The notes beneath the pieces are model-generated. The model made no database searches, was not told the origin of the DNA, and saw only the letters and a list, made by a program, of their open reading frames with translations. Source: a virus (Duplodnaviria; Caudoviricetes). Taken from it: a stretch of DNA of 55,992 nucleotides. Both the position numbers and the translations under genes were made by a program. The stretch is taken from positions 1 to 55,992 of the IMG/VR virus record IMGVR_UViG_3300037461_000368; one strand, given 5' to 3'. Below are positions 26,360 through 36,604 of this stretch, piece by piece; position 1 is the stretch's first letter, and the number at the start of each line of letters is the position of its first letter.

Positions 26360-26839
26360 ATGGCCGATGTAGAGCTGCTCGTGTACGCGCTTGAGCAGGA
26401 CGATGCGACGGGCCGATTCCCGGGACAGGTCGTAGCGTTCAAGACCTTTCCCCATTCCGGCTGGGGCCTGGACGAGGGGCCGCCGACGTTCTTCCATTTG
26501 CTCGTCACGGACGTTGACCTACGCGAGGTCGCAAGCTGGGTCGGCGGATACGAGGAGGTCACGGACGTTGACGGCAAGCCGGTTACGTGGTCGGTCAAGA
26601 CGCGCGCGCGCGTGGAGGTGACGAACCTCTCGGCCGCGTTGCGCGCGAAGGTCGCCGAGGCAAAGGCCGGCGGCGCGATTCCGCGTATACGCATGGCGCA
26701 GCTCCGACCGGCTCTACGCGACGAGATCGGCATGGCGCGCGTCGAGCTCGGCAAGGGAAACAAGGTTTGGCCGTTGCGAGAAAAGCCACAGGTGGTAAGT
26801 GTCAACCGAAGTCCTGAAGAAGATCGACCCGGACAATAG
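26360..26839 (+). CDS. Fibre partner protein 2
   Basis: Paralog of 15820-16203; precedes repeat protein C. Confidence 0.65.
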   Translation: MADVELLVYALEQDDATGRFPGQVVAFKTFPHSGWGLDEGPPTFFHLLVTDVDLREVASWVGGYEEVTDVDGKPVTWSVKTRARVEVTNLSAALRAKVAEAKAGGAIPRIRMAQLRPALRDEIGMARVELGKGNKVWPLREKPQVVSVNRSPEEDRPGQ

Positions 26840-29800
26840 CTCGGGGACGCACTACACGTCGCTCTTCGCATGGGAGGCGGCCTTCGGCGGCACCACCGCC
26901 GGCGATCTCGTCGGCGAGAATAAGAACGTAGTCGCCGAGCTCTACTGCACGAACGGGACGGCCGATGCGACCGCCGTCGATATCTCGGGCTGGACGGCGA
27001 CGAGCGCGACAAACAACATTCGCATCACGGTCAAAACGGGATACCGGCATCGCGGCGTCGTTCCCGGCAGCGGCAATATCTACCGGCTTGTGGTGACGAG
27101 CGGCGGATTCGCGATCAAGGTTCAGGAGGACTACGTCACCGTTCAGTATGTCGCGGCGAAGATGACGGCGACGGCGAACTACAACTCCTGTCTCTACTTC
27201 CGCGCCGTCCAGGGCTGCAAGTTCGAGGAGTGCGTTTCGGAGGTCGTCCCCGGTGCGTACTCGTCCATCCGGTGTTTCAACGACTACGCCTGCACGACGG
27301 GAACGAACATCTTTCGCAACTGCCTCGCGCTTGGCGCGACGACGGGTACCGGCGTAGCGTTCTGGTCTCAGAACCGCTCGGGCGGGACGATCTACTACGA
27401 CCACTGCGGGGCACCCGAGGGCGTGCTCGGGATTTCCAGTACTGGGAATAGCGGCTGCTCCGTCATCGCGCGGAACTGCTACTGCTTCACGTCTTCGACG
27501 TCATTCGCGAATACGACGGCGGGGACGGATCGGTGCGGCTATAAGACGGGCGGTGCCGCGCCGAACGACTCGAACCCCGTGGACCTGAGCGGTGAGGCGA
27601 ACACGGATCTGTGGATCGCCCCCGGCAGTGACAACTATCGGGTGAAACGTAGTGGGGTGCTGTACGGCGCGGCTGCGAACCTCTACTCCGACGCAAACGA
27701 CCCGGTGACGACGGACATCCTTGGCTGGCCGCGACCGAGCACGGGTGCCGTGGACTTGGGTCCCTTCGAGGCGGCCGAGGCGACGGGCGCCTCGACGCTC
27801 ACCGCGCTAACGGCCACGGGCGTAGCCGAGATCGAAGGCATAGGCGGTATCACATACGAGGCCACGGGAGCGGCGACGCTTTCCGCGATCACGGCGTCGG
27901 GCACCGTATCGCGTCACCTTGTCATCACGGGCGGCTTCACGGTCCCGCTGCCGCTCGCGGCCGGTAGCGCGATCTCTGACCAGGTGGTAGATATGCCAAG
28001 CGCGAGCCTGCACGGATACGAGACGTTCCCCCTGGATCCCGAGTTCGCACTCGTCGAGACGTGGGTCTACCGGACGATCGCCACGGAGCCGCTCTCGGAC
28101 ACGACCCAGACACGATCGATCCGGCCCCGTCCGCTACGCCGCTGGCGGCTGCGCTGGACGCTGGCGAAACAGACCGAGGCCGAGATCATCCGGGGCTTCT
28201 ACAGGGACATGCGCGGCGGGGCGCTGCCGTTCTGGCTCGAGGCCCCGGATAAGATCGCCCGGCCGTTCGACAACCCCGCCGTCGCGGCCATTTCCGGCGG
28301 CTCCCAGGCCGACCGGACCGTGTACGCCGTCTACACCTGGACCCGTGGGGTACTCGAGACCCTGCCGAGCTACCAGACGGCGACCCTGGCGCTCCTCGAC
28401 GCCCAGCTCCTGACCGTCACCGTCCCGGAGTTCCCGGCAAACGTCACCGGGGCCACCGTCTACGTCGGCCCCACAGAGGAGCTCCTATACGCCCAGGATT
28501 CGCCTATAGCCGTGTCCGGCGGGACATGGACCGAACCCCAGGCCGGGTACTCAGACGCGGGCGCAGCCCCTCCCACGGCCAATACGCTGACGGAGACGGT
28601 CCTCGTCCACTTCGGCGAGCAGGGCCTCCGGGTGCTCCGTCGGGCGCACGATCAGTATGAAATCGAGGTCATGGTCGAGGAACTTTGGATTGAGAACCCC
28701 AGGGCACACTTCATATCCGGCGGGTTCACCGTCCCGGCCTCCCTGCTCGGCGGCACGGTCGCAATGCACGACTTCTCGGCCTCCGGTGCGGCGACGATCC
28801 CGGCCATCACGGCCTCCGGGACGGCCGAACGGGAGGCTGGGACCGTCCACACGATCACCGGCGGGTTCTCCGTACCCGTCCCTGACCTTGAGGGCGACCT
28901 GACGCCGGTCCTCCTCGGCGACTATTATGTCGCGAAGACCGGAAGCAACAGCAACCCGGGAACCTATGCGCTGCCGTTCCTGACGATCACGTACGCAATC
29001 TCGGTCGCCGCTGCCGGGAGCACCATCATCGTTCTGGCCGGGACGTACACCGAGACCGTGAACGTAACGAAGTCCCTGACCTTCACGGCGTCTGGGACGG
29101 TGATCGTCAATCCGAGCACAACGTACGGTTTCTACAATTCCGGGGGCACGGCGGACACGGTCACGATCGACGGGTTCTCGATCACGGGCGTCGGGACCGG
29201 CGTCTACTCGGTCGCAAACGACGCCTGGACGGTCACAAACTGCCGCGTCTACGACTGCACGTCCGGCGGTATCTACCTGACCGGGACACGAGCGAGCGGC
29301 GTCAACACGGCCGGCATCGGATGCTCCGTCACCGGCAACGTTGTCTACCGGATCGGGATCACGGACGACGTCTGCGGGATCAAGCTCGACTCGTGCAAGA
29401 ACTCGACCGTATCTGATAACCAGGTCTATCTCTGCGTCGCCGACGGCATCCGGGACATTCGCGGCGACAACAACGACACGACCGAGAACTACGTCTCGTG
29501 TTGCAACGCTGGGATCGGCGTCGCGAACGAGACGAAGGGCGCGACCGTCCAGAGCAACTACGTCTACCACTGCAACGACGGCGTCTACACGAAGGCGACG
29601 ACCGGATCGACGAGCGTCTACAACGTCATCTCGTACAACACCATGGACTGGTGCTGCGCCGCGCTGAACTGCGGGGCCGACTATCCCGGCGCGAACTACT
29701 TCAACGCGCACCATAATCTGTTTAAGTTCTCTGGCGATCAGCACGTCTACTACAATCCGAGCGCGATCGGAACGAACGTTGTCATCGACTACAATATGTA

Positions 29801-30395
29801 TTGGTCGCGGTCGGACCGCCCGACATGTTTCTGGGATAACGTCAGCGCAACCTTCTGCACCGTCAACGACATACAGCACGAGACGACGCGCGAGGATCAC
29901 GGCGTCGAGTACGATGCGGATACGGTCGGGAACTACGGTGCAGCGACGACCATCTGCACCGAGCCGGAATGGACGCCGATCGACTTCGTTCCAGAGGCGG
30001 CGAGCCACAACTTCTCGATTCTCTATCGGCTCTGCGATTGGAAGTACGATTTAACCTGGAACTCGGGAACGGGATACGCGACGAACGAGTACGTGACGTT
30101 CGATCTCGAAAGCTCCCAGGAGTTCGAGTACGTTCTGATGCTGACGTGGGGGAACAACGTCGAACATACGCCGAAGAACATGAAGGTGCAGACGTCGCCG
30201 GACGGATCGTCGTGGACGGATCGCGTGACGGTGACGAATACCTGGGGCGGCGGGGTCAAGTGGTACAGGTTCGCAGCGCCGGTCACGGCACGCTACGTCA
30301 AGCTCGTACTGACGGACAAGTTCACGACCGATAGCTATGCCTGGACGTACAACGAGTTCAAGATCGCATCGGTCGCCGTGGGGAACCTGATATGA
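26799..30395 (+). CDS. Repeat fibre protein C: beta-helix + repeats + internal distal-tail (gpM/Dit-like) domain + repeats + beta-helix + discoidin-like domain
   Basis: Internal YETFPL...RRWRLRW...GF....G...F domain paralogous to 30392-31069; YYVAKTGSNSNPGT..PFLTI; C-terminal FDL...SPDGSSWT...ARYVKL. Confidence 0.8.
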   Translation: MSTEVLKKIDPDNSSGTHYTSLFAWEAAFGGTTAGDLVGENKNVVAELYCTNGTADATAVDISGWTATSATNNIRITVKTGYRHRGVVPGSGNIYRLVVTSGGFAIKVQEDYVTVQYVAAKMTATANYNSCLYFRAVQGCKFEECVSEVVPGAYSSIRCFNDYACTTGTNIFRNCLALGATTGTGVAFWSQNRSGGTIYYDHCGAPEGVLGISSTGNSGCSVIARNCYCFTSSTSFANTTAGTDRCGYKTGGAAPNDSNPVDLSGEANTDLWIAPGSDNYRVKRSGVLYGAAANLYSDANDPVTTDILGWPRPSTGAVDLGPFEAAEATGASTLTALTATGVAEIEGIGGITYEATGAATLSAITASGTVSRHLVITGGFTVPLPLAAGSAISDQVVDMPSASLHGYETFPLDPEFALVETWVYRTIATEPLSDTTQTRSIRPRPLRRWRLRWTLAKQTEAEIIRGFYRDMRGGALPFWLEAPDKIARPFDNPAVAAISGGSQADRTVYAVYTWTRGVLETLPSYQTATLALLDAQLLTVTVPEFPANVTGATVYVGPTEELLYAQDSPIAVSGGTWTEPQAGYSDAGAAPPTANTLTETVLVHFGEQGLRVLRRAHDQYEIEVMVEELWIENPRAHFISGGFTVPASLLGGTVAMHDFSASGAATIPAITASGTAEREAGTVHTITGGFSVPVPDLEGDLTPVLLGDYYVAKTGSNSNPGTYALPFLTITYAISVAAAGSTIIVLAGTYTETVNVTKSLTFTASGTVIVNPSTTYGFYNSGGTADTVTIDGFSITGVGTGVYSVANDAWTVTNCRVYDCTSGGIYLTGTRASGVNTAGIGCSVTGNVVYRIGITDDVCGIKLDSCKNSTVSDNQVYLCVADGIRDIRGDNNDTTENYVSCCNAGIGVANETKGATVQSNYVYHCNDGVYTKATTGSTSVYNVISYNTMDWCCAALNCGADYPGANYFNAHHNLFKFSGDQHVYYNPSAIGTNVVIDYNMYWSRSDRPTCFWDNVSATFCTVNDIQHETTREDHGVEYDADTVGNYGAATTICTEPEWTPIDFVPEAASHNFSILYRLCDWKYDLTWNSGTGYATNEYVTFDLESSQEFEYVLMLTWGNNVEHTPKNMKVQTSPDGSSWTDRVTVTNTWGGGVKWYRFAAPVTARYVKLVLTDKFTTDSYAWTYNEFKIASVAVGNLI

Positions 30396-31069
30396 GCTAC
30401 GACACGTTCCCTCTGACGCCGCAGGACGTCGCCGTTGAGACGTCGAACTACCGAAACATCGAAACGCGCTTCGAGAGCGGGGACGTCCAGATCCGCAACC
30501 GCTGGCCGCGCGAGCGTCGCGTCTGGACGCTCTCCTGGTCGAACATGAGCCAGGCCGAGGTCGAGGTCCTGCGCGGGTTCGTCCAGGCGCACAACGGCGA
30601 CACGGACTACTTCTACTTCTCGGCATACGAGAAGGTCGCCTCGCCGATCGCGGGCCCGATCCTCCGGAAGACGGACGGTGGCTCTGCGATCGCTCGCTCG
30701 CTCTGGATCAAGTACACCTGGGGCGACGGGACGAATGAGACGCTGCCGTCGAACGCGCGCGCTACGACGATCAGCGCGGGACAGCTTATCACGGCAAACG
30801 TCCCGTACTTCCCGGCCGGGGCGAACCGAGCGCGGATCTACGCCTCCGGCAACGGGACGACGTATCACCGGCAGACGGACGCGATCACGCTTTCGGGCGG
30901 GGCCTGGACGGAGCCGCTGACGGGCTACGTCGCAACCGGCGTCTCCCCCCCCACCACAAACGGGCTCGCCGAGAATGCGCTCGTGCGGCTCTCCGTCCCG
31001 TCGTTCGAGACGACGAAACTGTGGCTCGATTCCTACTCGGCCGTCCTTGACCTGGAAGAGGTCGCATGA
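30392..31069 (+). CDS. Distal tail protein (lambda gpM/Dit-like) with inserted beta domain
   Basis: TRFESGDVQ.R.RW..ERRVWTLSW...GFVQAHNG...FYF; ends LEEV. Confidence 0.75.
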   Translation: MSYDTFPLTPQDVAVETSNYRNIETRFESGDVQIRNRWPRERRVWTLSWSNMSQAEVEVLRGFVQAHNGDTDYFYFSAYEKVASPIAGPILRKTDGGSAIARSLWIKYTWGDGTNETLPSNARATTISAGQLITANVPYFPAGANRARIYASGNGTTYHRQTDAITLSGGAWTEPLTGYVATGVSPPTTNGLAENALVRLSVPSFETTKLWLDSYSAVLDLEEVA

Positions 31070-32286
31070 GAACGATAGACGCTGACCTCCTGCTCGCAAA
31101 AAACCTGCTCTATTCCGAGCAGCCCTGGGTCTGGCTCTTCGCGATCGAGATCGACGACACGGACACGCTCTACCTCGCGGCATATCCCGAGGACATACGC
31201 TGGAACGGGAGGCTATGGCAGGCGTTCCCGGCATACGTCGATACGATCTCGGAGGAGGTCAACCGGAGGGGAAGCGTCAACGTACACGTCGCGAACGTGA
31301 ACCGGGAGATATCGGCGTATGTCGAGAACAACACGCTCCTGGGGCGCGACGTCACGATCTACCTGATCTACCGCGAGCGGCTCGATATCACGGAAGACGT
31401 CCTCTCCTGGACGTACCGCGTCAACCGGATCGAACGGTCGGACATCACGGCCGTCTTCGAGCTGGGGCAAGAAGACCTGCTCGCGCTTCAGCTCCCCCAC
31501 CAGCGGTACATTCGCGGCCGGTGCCGGTTCAGGTACAAGGGCGCGCTCTGCAACTACCCCAACGATGATTTCGGCCCGATCTCGGAACAGGACTTAGCCG
31601 TCGGCGGAGACGGAGACCATGGTGGCGGCTGGTCGGTGAAGAACTTCGACAATATGAACTCGTCCTGGTGCAAGATCGAGGACGGGAATCTCTATCTCGG
31701 CGCGTGGTCCGGCGGCCCGTGGCGATGGAACAACTATGACGACGATGGACCGTTCGTCTGGAAACGGTTTGTGGGCGATTTCGACATCAACGTACGCTAC
31801 ACGGCAGCGCCTGAGCAGAACGCGGGCGGCTATCTGCTCATGACCGATGACGCCGACGCGCCGACGAACTGGGTGGCCATGGGCTCGGCGCTGCTCGGCT
31901 CGACGAACTCGATCGTCGTCTACCGTACGACGTCATCGACGACGACACGGATGCACAACTCGATCCTGCAATCCTACTGGCGCATGGCGCGCTCCGGGAC
32001 CACGATCACGTTCTACGCGCACGATGACTATACGAGCACCTGGACGGCGATCTACACGCTGACGAACGCCCCGGTATCGCATGCCTTCCGCGTGGGGTTT
32101 ATGACGCAGACATGGACGACCGACTCGGGCGGCGTCCAGAGCTGGGACTACTTCCACATGACGAGCGGGGGGCTCTCGACCTGCGACCTGACGCGCGACG
32201 GACCGAACGGCTGCCGCGTCCACCAGCACCAGCCGAACTACGGCGGCTTCGACACGATCCCCCGGGGGAGGCTCTATGGGATATAA
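31066..32286 (+). CDS. Tail tip protein (lambda gpL-like) with inserted lectin-like domain
   Basis: CRFRYKGALCNY ... CDLT...GC...NYGGF cysteine pattern. Confidence 0.8.
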   Translation: MRTIDADLLLAKNLLYSEQPWVWLFAIEIDDTDTLYLAAYPEDIRWNGRLWQAFPAYVDTISEEVNRRGSVNVHVANVNREISAYVENNTLLGRDVTIYLIYRERLDITEDVLSWTYRVNRIERSDITAVFELGQEDLLALQLPHQRYIRGRCRFRYKGALCNYPNDDFGPISEQDLAVGGDGDHGGGWSVKNFDNMNSSWCKIEDGNLYLGAWSGGPWRWNNYDDDGPFVWKRFVGDFDINVRYTAAPEQNAGGYLLMTDDADAPTNWVAMGSALLGSTNSIVVYRTTSSTTTRMHNSILQSYWRMARSGTTITFYAHDDYTSTWTAIYTLTNAPVSHAFRVGFMTQTWTTDSGGVQSWDYFHMTSGGLSTCDLTRDGPNGCRVHQHQPNYGGFDTIPRGRLYGI

Positions 32287-32671
32287 GCACCTCCTCGGCA
32301 TCCCCTTCCGGTACGGCGGGCGGGACGAGACGGGCCTGGACTGCTACGGGCTCGTCCTGGCCTACTACCGGGCCCAGGGACGCGAGCTGCCGGACTATGC
32401 GGGGTATGACGCGGGGATCGTCAGCGGGGCCTCTGACCCCTTCCTGGCGCGTTCTACGCAAGGCCCCTGGGAGGTCGTCCGCGGCGAGCCCCAGGTCGGG
32501 GATATCGTGACCCTGGCGAGGACGAGCCGGGACCGGAACGCGACCCATTGCGCCGTGTGCGTCGAGCGCAACCGGATCCTGCACGCCGTCGAGGGCTGGT
32601 GCGTGACGACGACGCCGCTGCGCCCACTGCGCTCTCGTATACGCGGAGTATATCGCCCATGCCGCGCCTGA
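32276..32671 (+). CDS. NlpC/P60 tail assembly protein (gpK-like)
   Basis: GIPFRYGGRD..GLDCYGLV...HCAV...ILHA. Confidence 0.9.
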   Translation: MGYKHLLGIPFRYGGRDETGLDCYGLVLAYYRAQGRELPDYAGYDAGIVSGASDPFLARSTQGPWEVVRGEPQVGDIVTLARTSRDRNATHCAVCVERNRILHAVEGWCVTTTPLRPLRSRIRGVYRPCRA

Positions 32672-35600
32672 CAATACAGCGAGACTTATTCCGGCCGCAA
32701 CGTCGCGAGCTGATCGCGGTAGAGCCCGGCACGCACGCGCTCGCCGTCCTGCCGGACGACCTGCCACGCGAGCAGCTCCAGATAATCCACAACGGACGCC
32801 GAATCGACCTTGCCGAGCTCGACGCCTTCGTTTTCGGCGAGTACGACGATCTCTTCTGCCGCGTCATCCCCGGCGGCCCAGTTATGGCCATAGCGCCGCT
32901 GCTGCTCCCGGCGATCTCTATGGCGCTCATCGCTGGCGCGAACTACGGCCTGCAACGGGTTTTCGCGAAGAAGCAGGAATCGAAACCCACATACGACAAT
33001 ACCGAAAACAGCCCAAACTATGGATGGGATGGGATACAGAATACGAGCCGCAACGGCGAGCCCATAGCGCTCGTCTACGGTCGGCACAAGGTCGCCGGGC
33101 AGTATCTCGCCACGTTCACGAAGAGCACCCACGACGGGAAAGAGAAGCTCTACGTTCTCATCGGCCTCTGCGCCGGTCCCGTCGGCGCGATCAACGGCTA
33201 CACGGAATCGATCGAGGGCCTGTCGGGCGAAGACGCCGGGCAGCTCAAGATCAACGCGAACTCGGCCGCGAACTTCTCCGGCCTCTCCGTCGCCTACCGT
33301 ATGGGCGAATGGGATCAGTCGATCATCGAGGGATTCAACGACTCGACGCCGGAGTACACGGTCGATAGCGATCTCGCCTACGACGTCTCCGTCCCCTACA
33401 CGACCGAGGGCAAGGTGGACGCCTTCGAGGTCAAGATCCTTTTCCCCGGCGGGATCTACGGGCTCGACGCGAACGGGGCGATCTTCCAGTATTCCGTCGC
33501 GTTCGAGATCAAGTACCGGGCCGACGGGGCGGGGCCGTACACGACCGAGACGCATACCGTATCGGCACAGACACGTTCACGATACGCCGCCTACATCTCC
33601 GTGCGCGGGCTCGATAACGCAGAGTACGAGATCGAGGTCAAGCGAACGACGGCGGACGATGATTCGTTCCACGTCTCGACGTCGAAGTTCCAGTCGATCA
33701 AGGAGATCACGATCGACGATGTGAGCTACAAGGGCGTCGCGCTCGAGGGCGTCCAGGCGCTCGGGACGGAGCAACTGAACGGGCGGCTGCCGACCTATAC
33801 GTCGGTCGTTGACGGCAAGGAGTGCCGCGTCTACCAGCCAGGGGACGATTTCTGCGAGGACGCCGAGCAGGAGCTGATCGCGTACGGGGACGGGAAGCGG
33901 CTCAACGGCTGGTACGTGGACAACACGGCGAAGCTGACGGCAGCGTCGATCCATACGAACTACGCCGATCACCTCGTCCTGCTCCACGACGCGGCCACAT
34001 CCGCATACTCAGCCTGGACGACGCGGGACGCGCCGCTGGCCTTCAAGCGTATCTACGGTGACTTTGACGCAACGGCCAAGATCGAGTTCCACCCGGCCGC
34101 CGTCACTGGCACGACCATTACCATGATCGCGCGGTTCGGCGAGACGAATCTCTGGTTTTACATCGGCGTCAAGGCCCTCGCGGGTGGCCTCTACCAGTGG
34201 GTCTTTCAGAACAACACGGCGGGGATCTCGGTCGAGACGACGGGCTCCTGCACGTCGAGCGAGATTTACTACCGTATCCTGCACGAGGACGACGAGTGGA
34301 CGTGCTATACGAGCACGGACGGGGAGACGTGGACCGAGCGCGCCTCGATCACGTACGAACAGCCGACGCATTCCGAGTATGTCGAGCTGGGGTTCATGGT
34401 CATGAACCAGTACGCGACTGCGAGCGGGTTGCGCGCTTCCGAGTTCGCCTTCTCCGACTCGACGAGCTACTCGATCGAGACGAGCGCGAACCCCTCCTGG
34501 GTCGTCTACGACCTTCTGACCGATACGCACTACGGCCTGGGCGACAACATCGAAACGACGGAGATCGATCTCGACTCGTTCATCGACTTCGCCGCCTACG
34601 GGAACGAGCTTGTCAGTAACGGCAAGGGCGGGCTCCACCGCCGCTACCGTTTCGACGGCCTGCTCGACTCATCGGATATCGCATGGGAAAAGCTCCTGAA
34701 GCTCCTGGACAACTACCGTGCGACACTGCTTGAGCAGGGCAACGTATACCGTGTCGCGTGGCGTCGAGAGCGCGACCCCGTGCAGCCCTTCGCCATGTCG
34801 AACATCGTCGCCGGGTCGTTTCGCGTCATTGACCAGACGCCGAAGCTGAACGCGAACTACTGGGAGATCCAGTTCCTGAATCGTGAGCTCGACTACGACC
34901 AGGACTTCATCCCGTATCCAGACCCGGGCATGGAAAGCGGAGAACCGTACCGCCGCAAGACGATCGAAATGTACGGCATCACGCGGGAGGCCGAGGCGTA
35001 CCGCGCGGCGATCTATCAGTGCAAGACGAACCGCTACTGCACGGAGCAGGTAGAGTTCCGCGCGGGCATTGACGCCGTCGGCTGCCAGCCGCTCGACGTC
35101 ATTTCCGTCCAGCACGATATGCCGCAGTGGGGGACGGGCGCGGGGCGCGTCATCTCGGCCGGGGCTACCGCCGTCGTCCTCGATCGCGTCATCGATCTCG
35201 CAGAGGATACGACATACGTCATCAAGATCCGGCACAAGACGGACGAGTACGAAACGCAAACGGTGACGAACGAGCCGGGCGAGACGAACACGATCACCGT
35301 GGCCGAATGGGACCGGACGCCCGAGCCCTCGGCGATCTGGATCGTCGGCGAGGAGAACATCGCGACGAAGGAGTTCGAGGTCGTCGATATCGAAATCTCC
35401 GGCGACCAGCACGTCACGATAACGGCCGTCAACTATGACGCCCGGATCTTCGACGACACGATCGAGAACCTGCCGTTCATCAAATATTCTGAGCTGCCGG
35501 ACCCCCGCGCGATTCCGGCCGATGTGGCCGTCAACTCTCTGCGGCTAACCGAACGCGCACAGGTCATGTCCGACGGCTCGGTCACGAACGTCGTTGACGT

Positions 35601-36603
35601 TACCTGGGGCGAGGCGAAGGGGGCGCAGACATACGAGATATACTATCGCGTATCGGGGCAGACGGAATGGCTGTATGGCGGCTTCTCGCGGGGACTCCAT
35701 CACGTCCTGCAAGCGCTGTTTGCGACCGGCTACTGGTATGATATCGGCGTTGTCAGCGTCGGCCCGTGGGGTGCGAAGAAGGATCCGTCCCTGGCTCCGT
35801 ACACCTCGCTGGAGATCAAGGGGCGGACGACGAGGCCGAGCGATGTGACGGGCCTCTCGGCGGCATTCATTCGCAACATGCTCATCGTCAAGTGGGATCC
35901 GATCGCCGACGCGGACCTGAAGGGGTACGAGCTAAGGAAGGGGACGGAAGACGACTGGACGACGGCGACGCACATCATCGGGCCATACGCGGCAACGTCA
36001 TTCGTAACGAGCGATATTGCCCCCGGGACGTGGTACTTTCTTGTGAAGGCCATCAACACGTCGGGGCTCTACAGCGAGAACGCTGCGAGCGTACAGGCAA
36101 CGATCGACTTTGCACAGGACGAGACGGCGACGGTCGAACGCGAGGAATCGGCGAACTCCTGGAACGGGTCGAAAACGAATTGCACGGTCGATGGGTCCGA
36201 TCTAGTCCTGGACGAGGGCGAGACGAGCTTCACGTACGAGACGCCGGAGCTGGACGCTCTGAGTGACATCACGGGCGTTGCGCGTTGCACGGTCCAGGTC
36301 GTGCAGTTCATCCCCGACACGCTCACGATCAACGAGGTCGTCGAGACGGTTAATTCGGCCTGGTCGCAGGCGACCTATATAAACGCGGCCGAGGACTCCC
36401 CTGGGACGCATTTTGTCCTGTCGTATCGGTCCGGGAACTCGTCCGGGAATCTCGGCGCTTACACGGAAGTGACAGAGGACACCCAGATCGTCAAAGACCT
36501 CTCGGGCCGGTACTACCAGTTCCGGCTCGTCGTGACGGTCAACTCGACCGGCTACTCGGCGAAGGCGATCTATATGCAGTCATCGGTAGCGGAGTACGCA
36601 TGA
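32659..36603 (+). CDS. Central tail tip/host-specificity protein (gpI+gpJ-like) with FN3 repeats and an inserted lectin-like domain
   Basis: PIALVYG, NPSWVVYDLLT...YGLG, F.F.GLLD, TAVNYD..IF, FN3 motifs. Confidence 0.88.
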   Translation: MPRLTIQRDLFRPQRRELIAVEPGTHALAVLPDDLPREQLQIIHNGRRIDLAELDAFVFGEYDDLFCRVIPGGPVMAIAPLLLPAISMALIAGANYGLQRVFAKKQESKPTYDNTENSPNYGWDGIQNTSRNGEPIALVYGRHKVAGQYLATFTKSTHDGKEKLYVLIGLCAGPVGAINGYTESIEGLSGEDAGQLKINANSAANFSGLSVAYRMGEWDQSIIEGFNDSTPEYTVDSDLAYDVSVPYTTEGKVDAFEVKILFPGGIYGLDANGAIFQYSVAFEIKYRADGAGPYTTETHTVSAQTRSRYAAYISVRGLDNAEYEIEVKRTTADDDSFHVSTSKFQSIKEITIDDVSYKGVALEGVQALGTEQLNGRLPTYTSVVDGKECRVYQPGDDFCEDAEQELIAYGDGKRLNGWYVDNTAKLTAASIHTNYADHLVLLHDAATSAYSAWTTRDAPLAFKRIYGDFDATAKIEFHPAAVTGTTITMIARFGETNLWFYIGVKALAGGLYQWVFQNNTAGISVETTGSCTSSEIYYRILHEDDEWTCYTSTDGETWTERASITYEQPTHSEYVELGFMVMNQYATASGLRASEFAFSDSTSYSIETSANPSWVVYDLLTDTHYGLGDNIETTEIDLDSFIDFAAYGNELVSNGKGGLHRRYRFDGLLDSSDIAWEKLLKLLDNYRATLLEQGNVYRVAWRRERDPVQPFAMSNIVAGSFRVIDQTPKLNANYWEIQFLNRELDYDQDFIPYPDPGMESGEPYRRKTIEMYGITREAEAYRAAIYQCKTNRYCTEQVEFRAGIDAVGCQPLDVISVQHDMPQWGTGAGRVISAGATAVVLDRVIDLAEDTTYVIKIRHKTDEYETQTVTNEPGETNTITVAEWDRTPEPSAIWIVGEENIATKEFEVVDIEISGDQHVTITAVNYDARIFDDTIENLPFIKYSELPDPRAIPADVAVNSLRLTERAQVMSDGSVTNVVDVTWGEAKGAQTYEIYYRVSGQTEWLYGGFSRGLHHVLQALFATGYWYDIGVVSVGPWGAKKDPSLAPYTSLEIKGRTTRPSDVTGLSAAFIRNMLIVKWDPIADADLKGYELRKGTEDDWTTATHIIGPYAATSFVTSDIAPGTWYFLVKAINTSGLYSENAASVQATIDFAQDETATVEREESANSWNGSKTNCTVDGSDLVLDEGETSFTYETPELDALSDITGVARCTVQVVQFIPDTLTINEVVETVNSAWSQATYINAAEDSPGTHFVLSYRSGNSSGNLGAYTEVTEDTQIVKDLSGRYYQFRLVVTVNSTGYSAKAIYMQSSVAEYA

Positions 36604-36604
36604 T

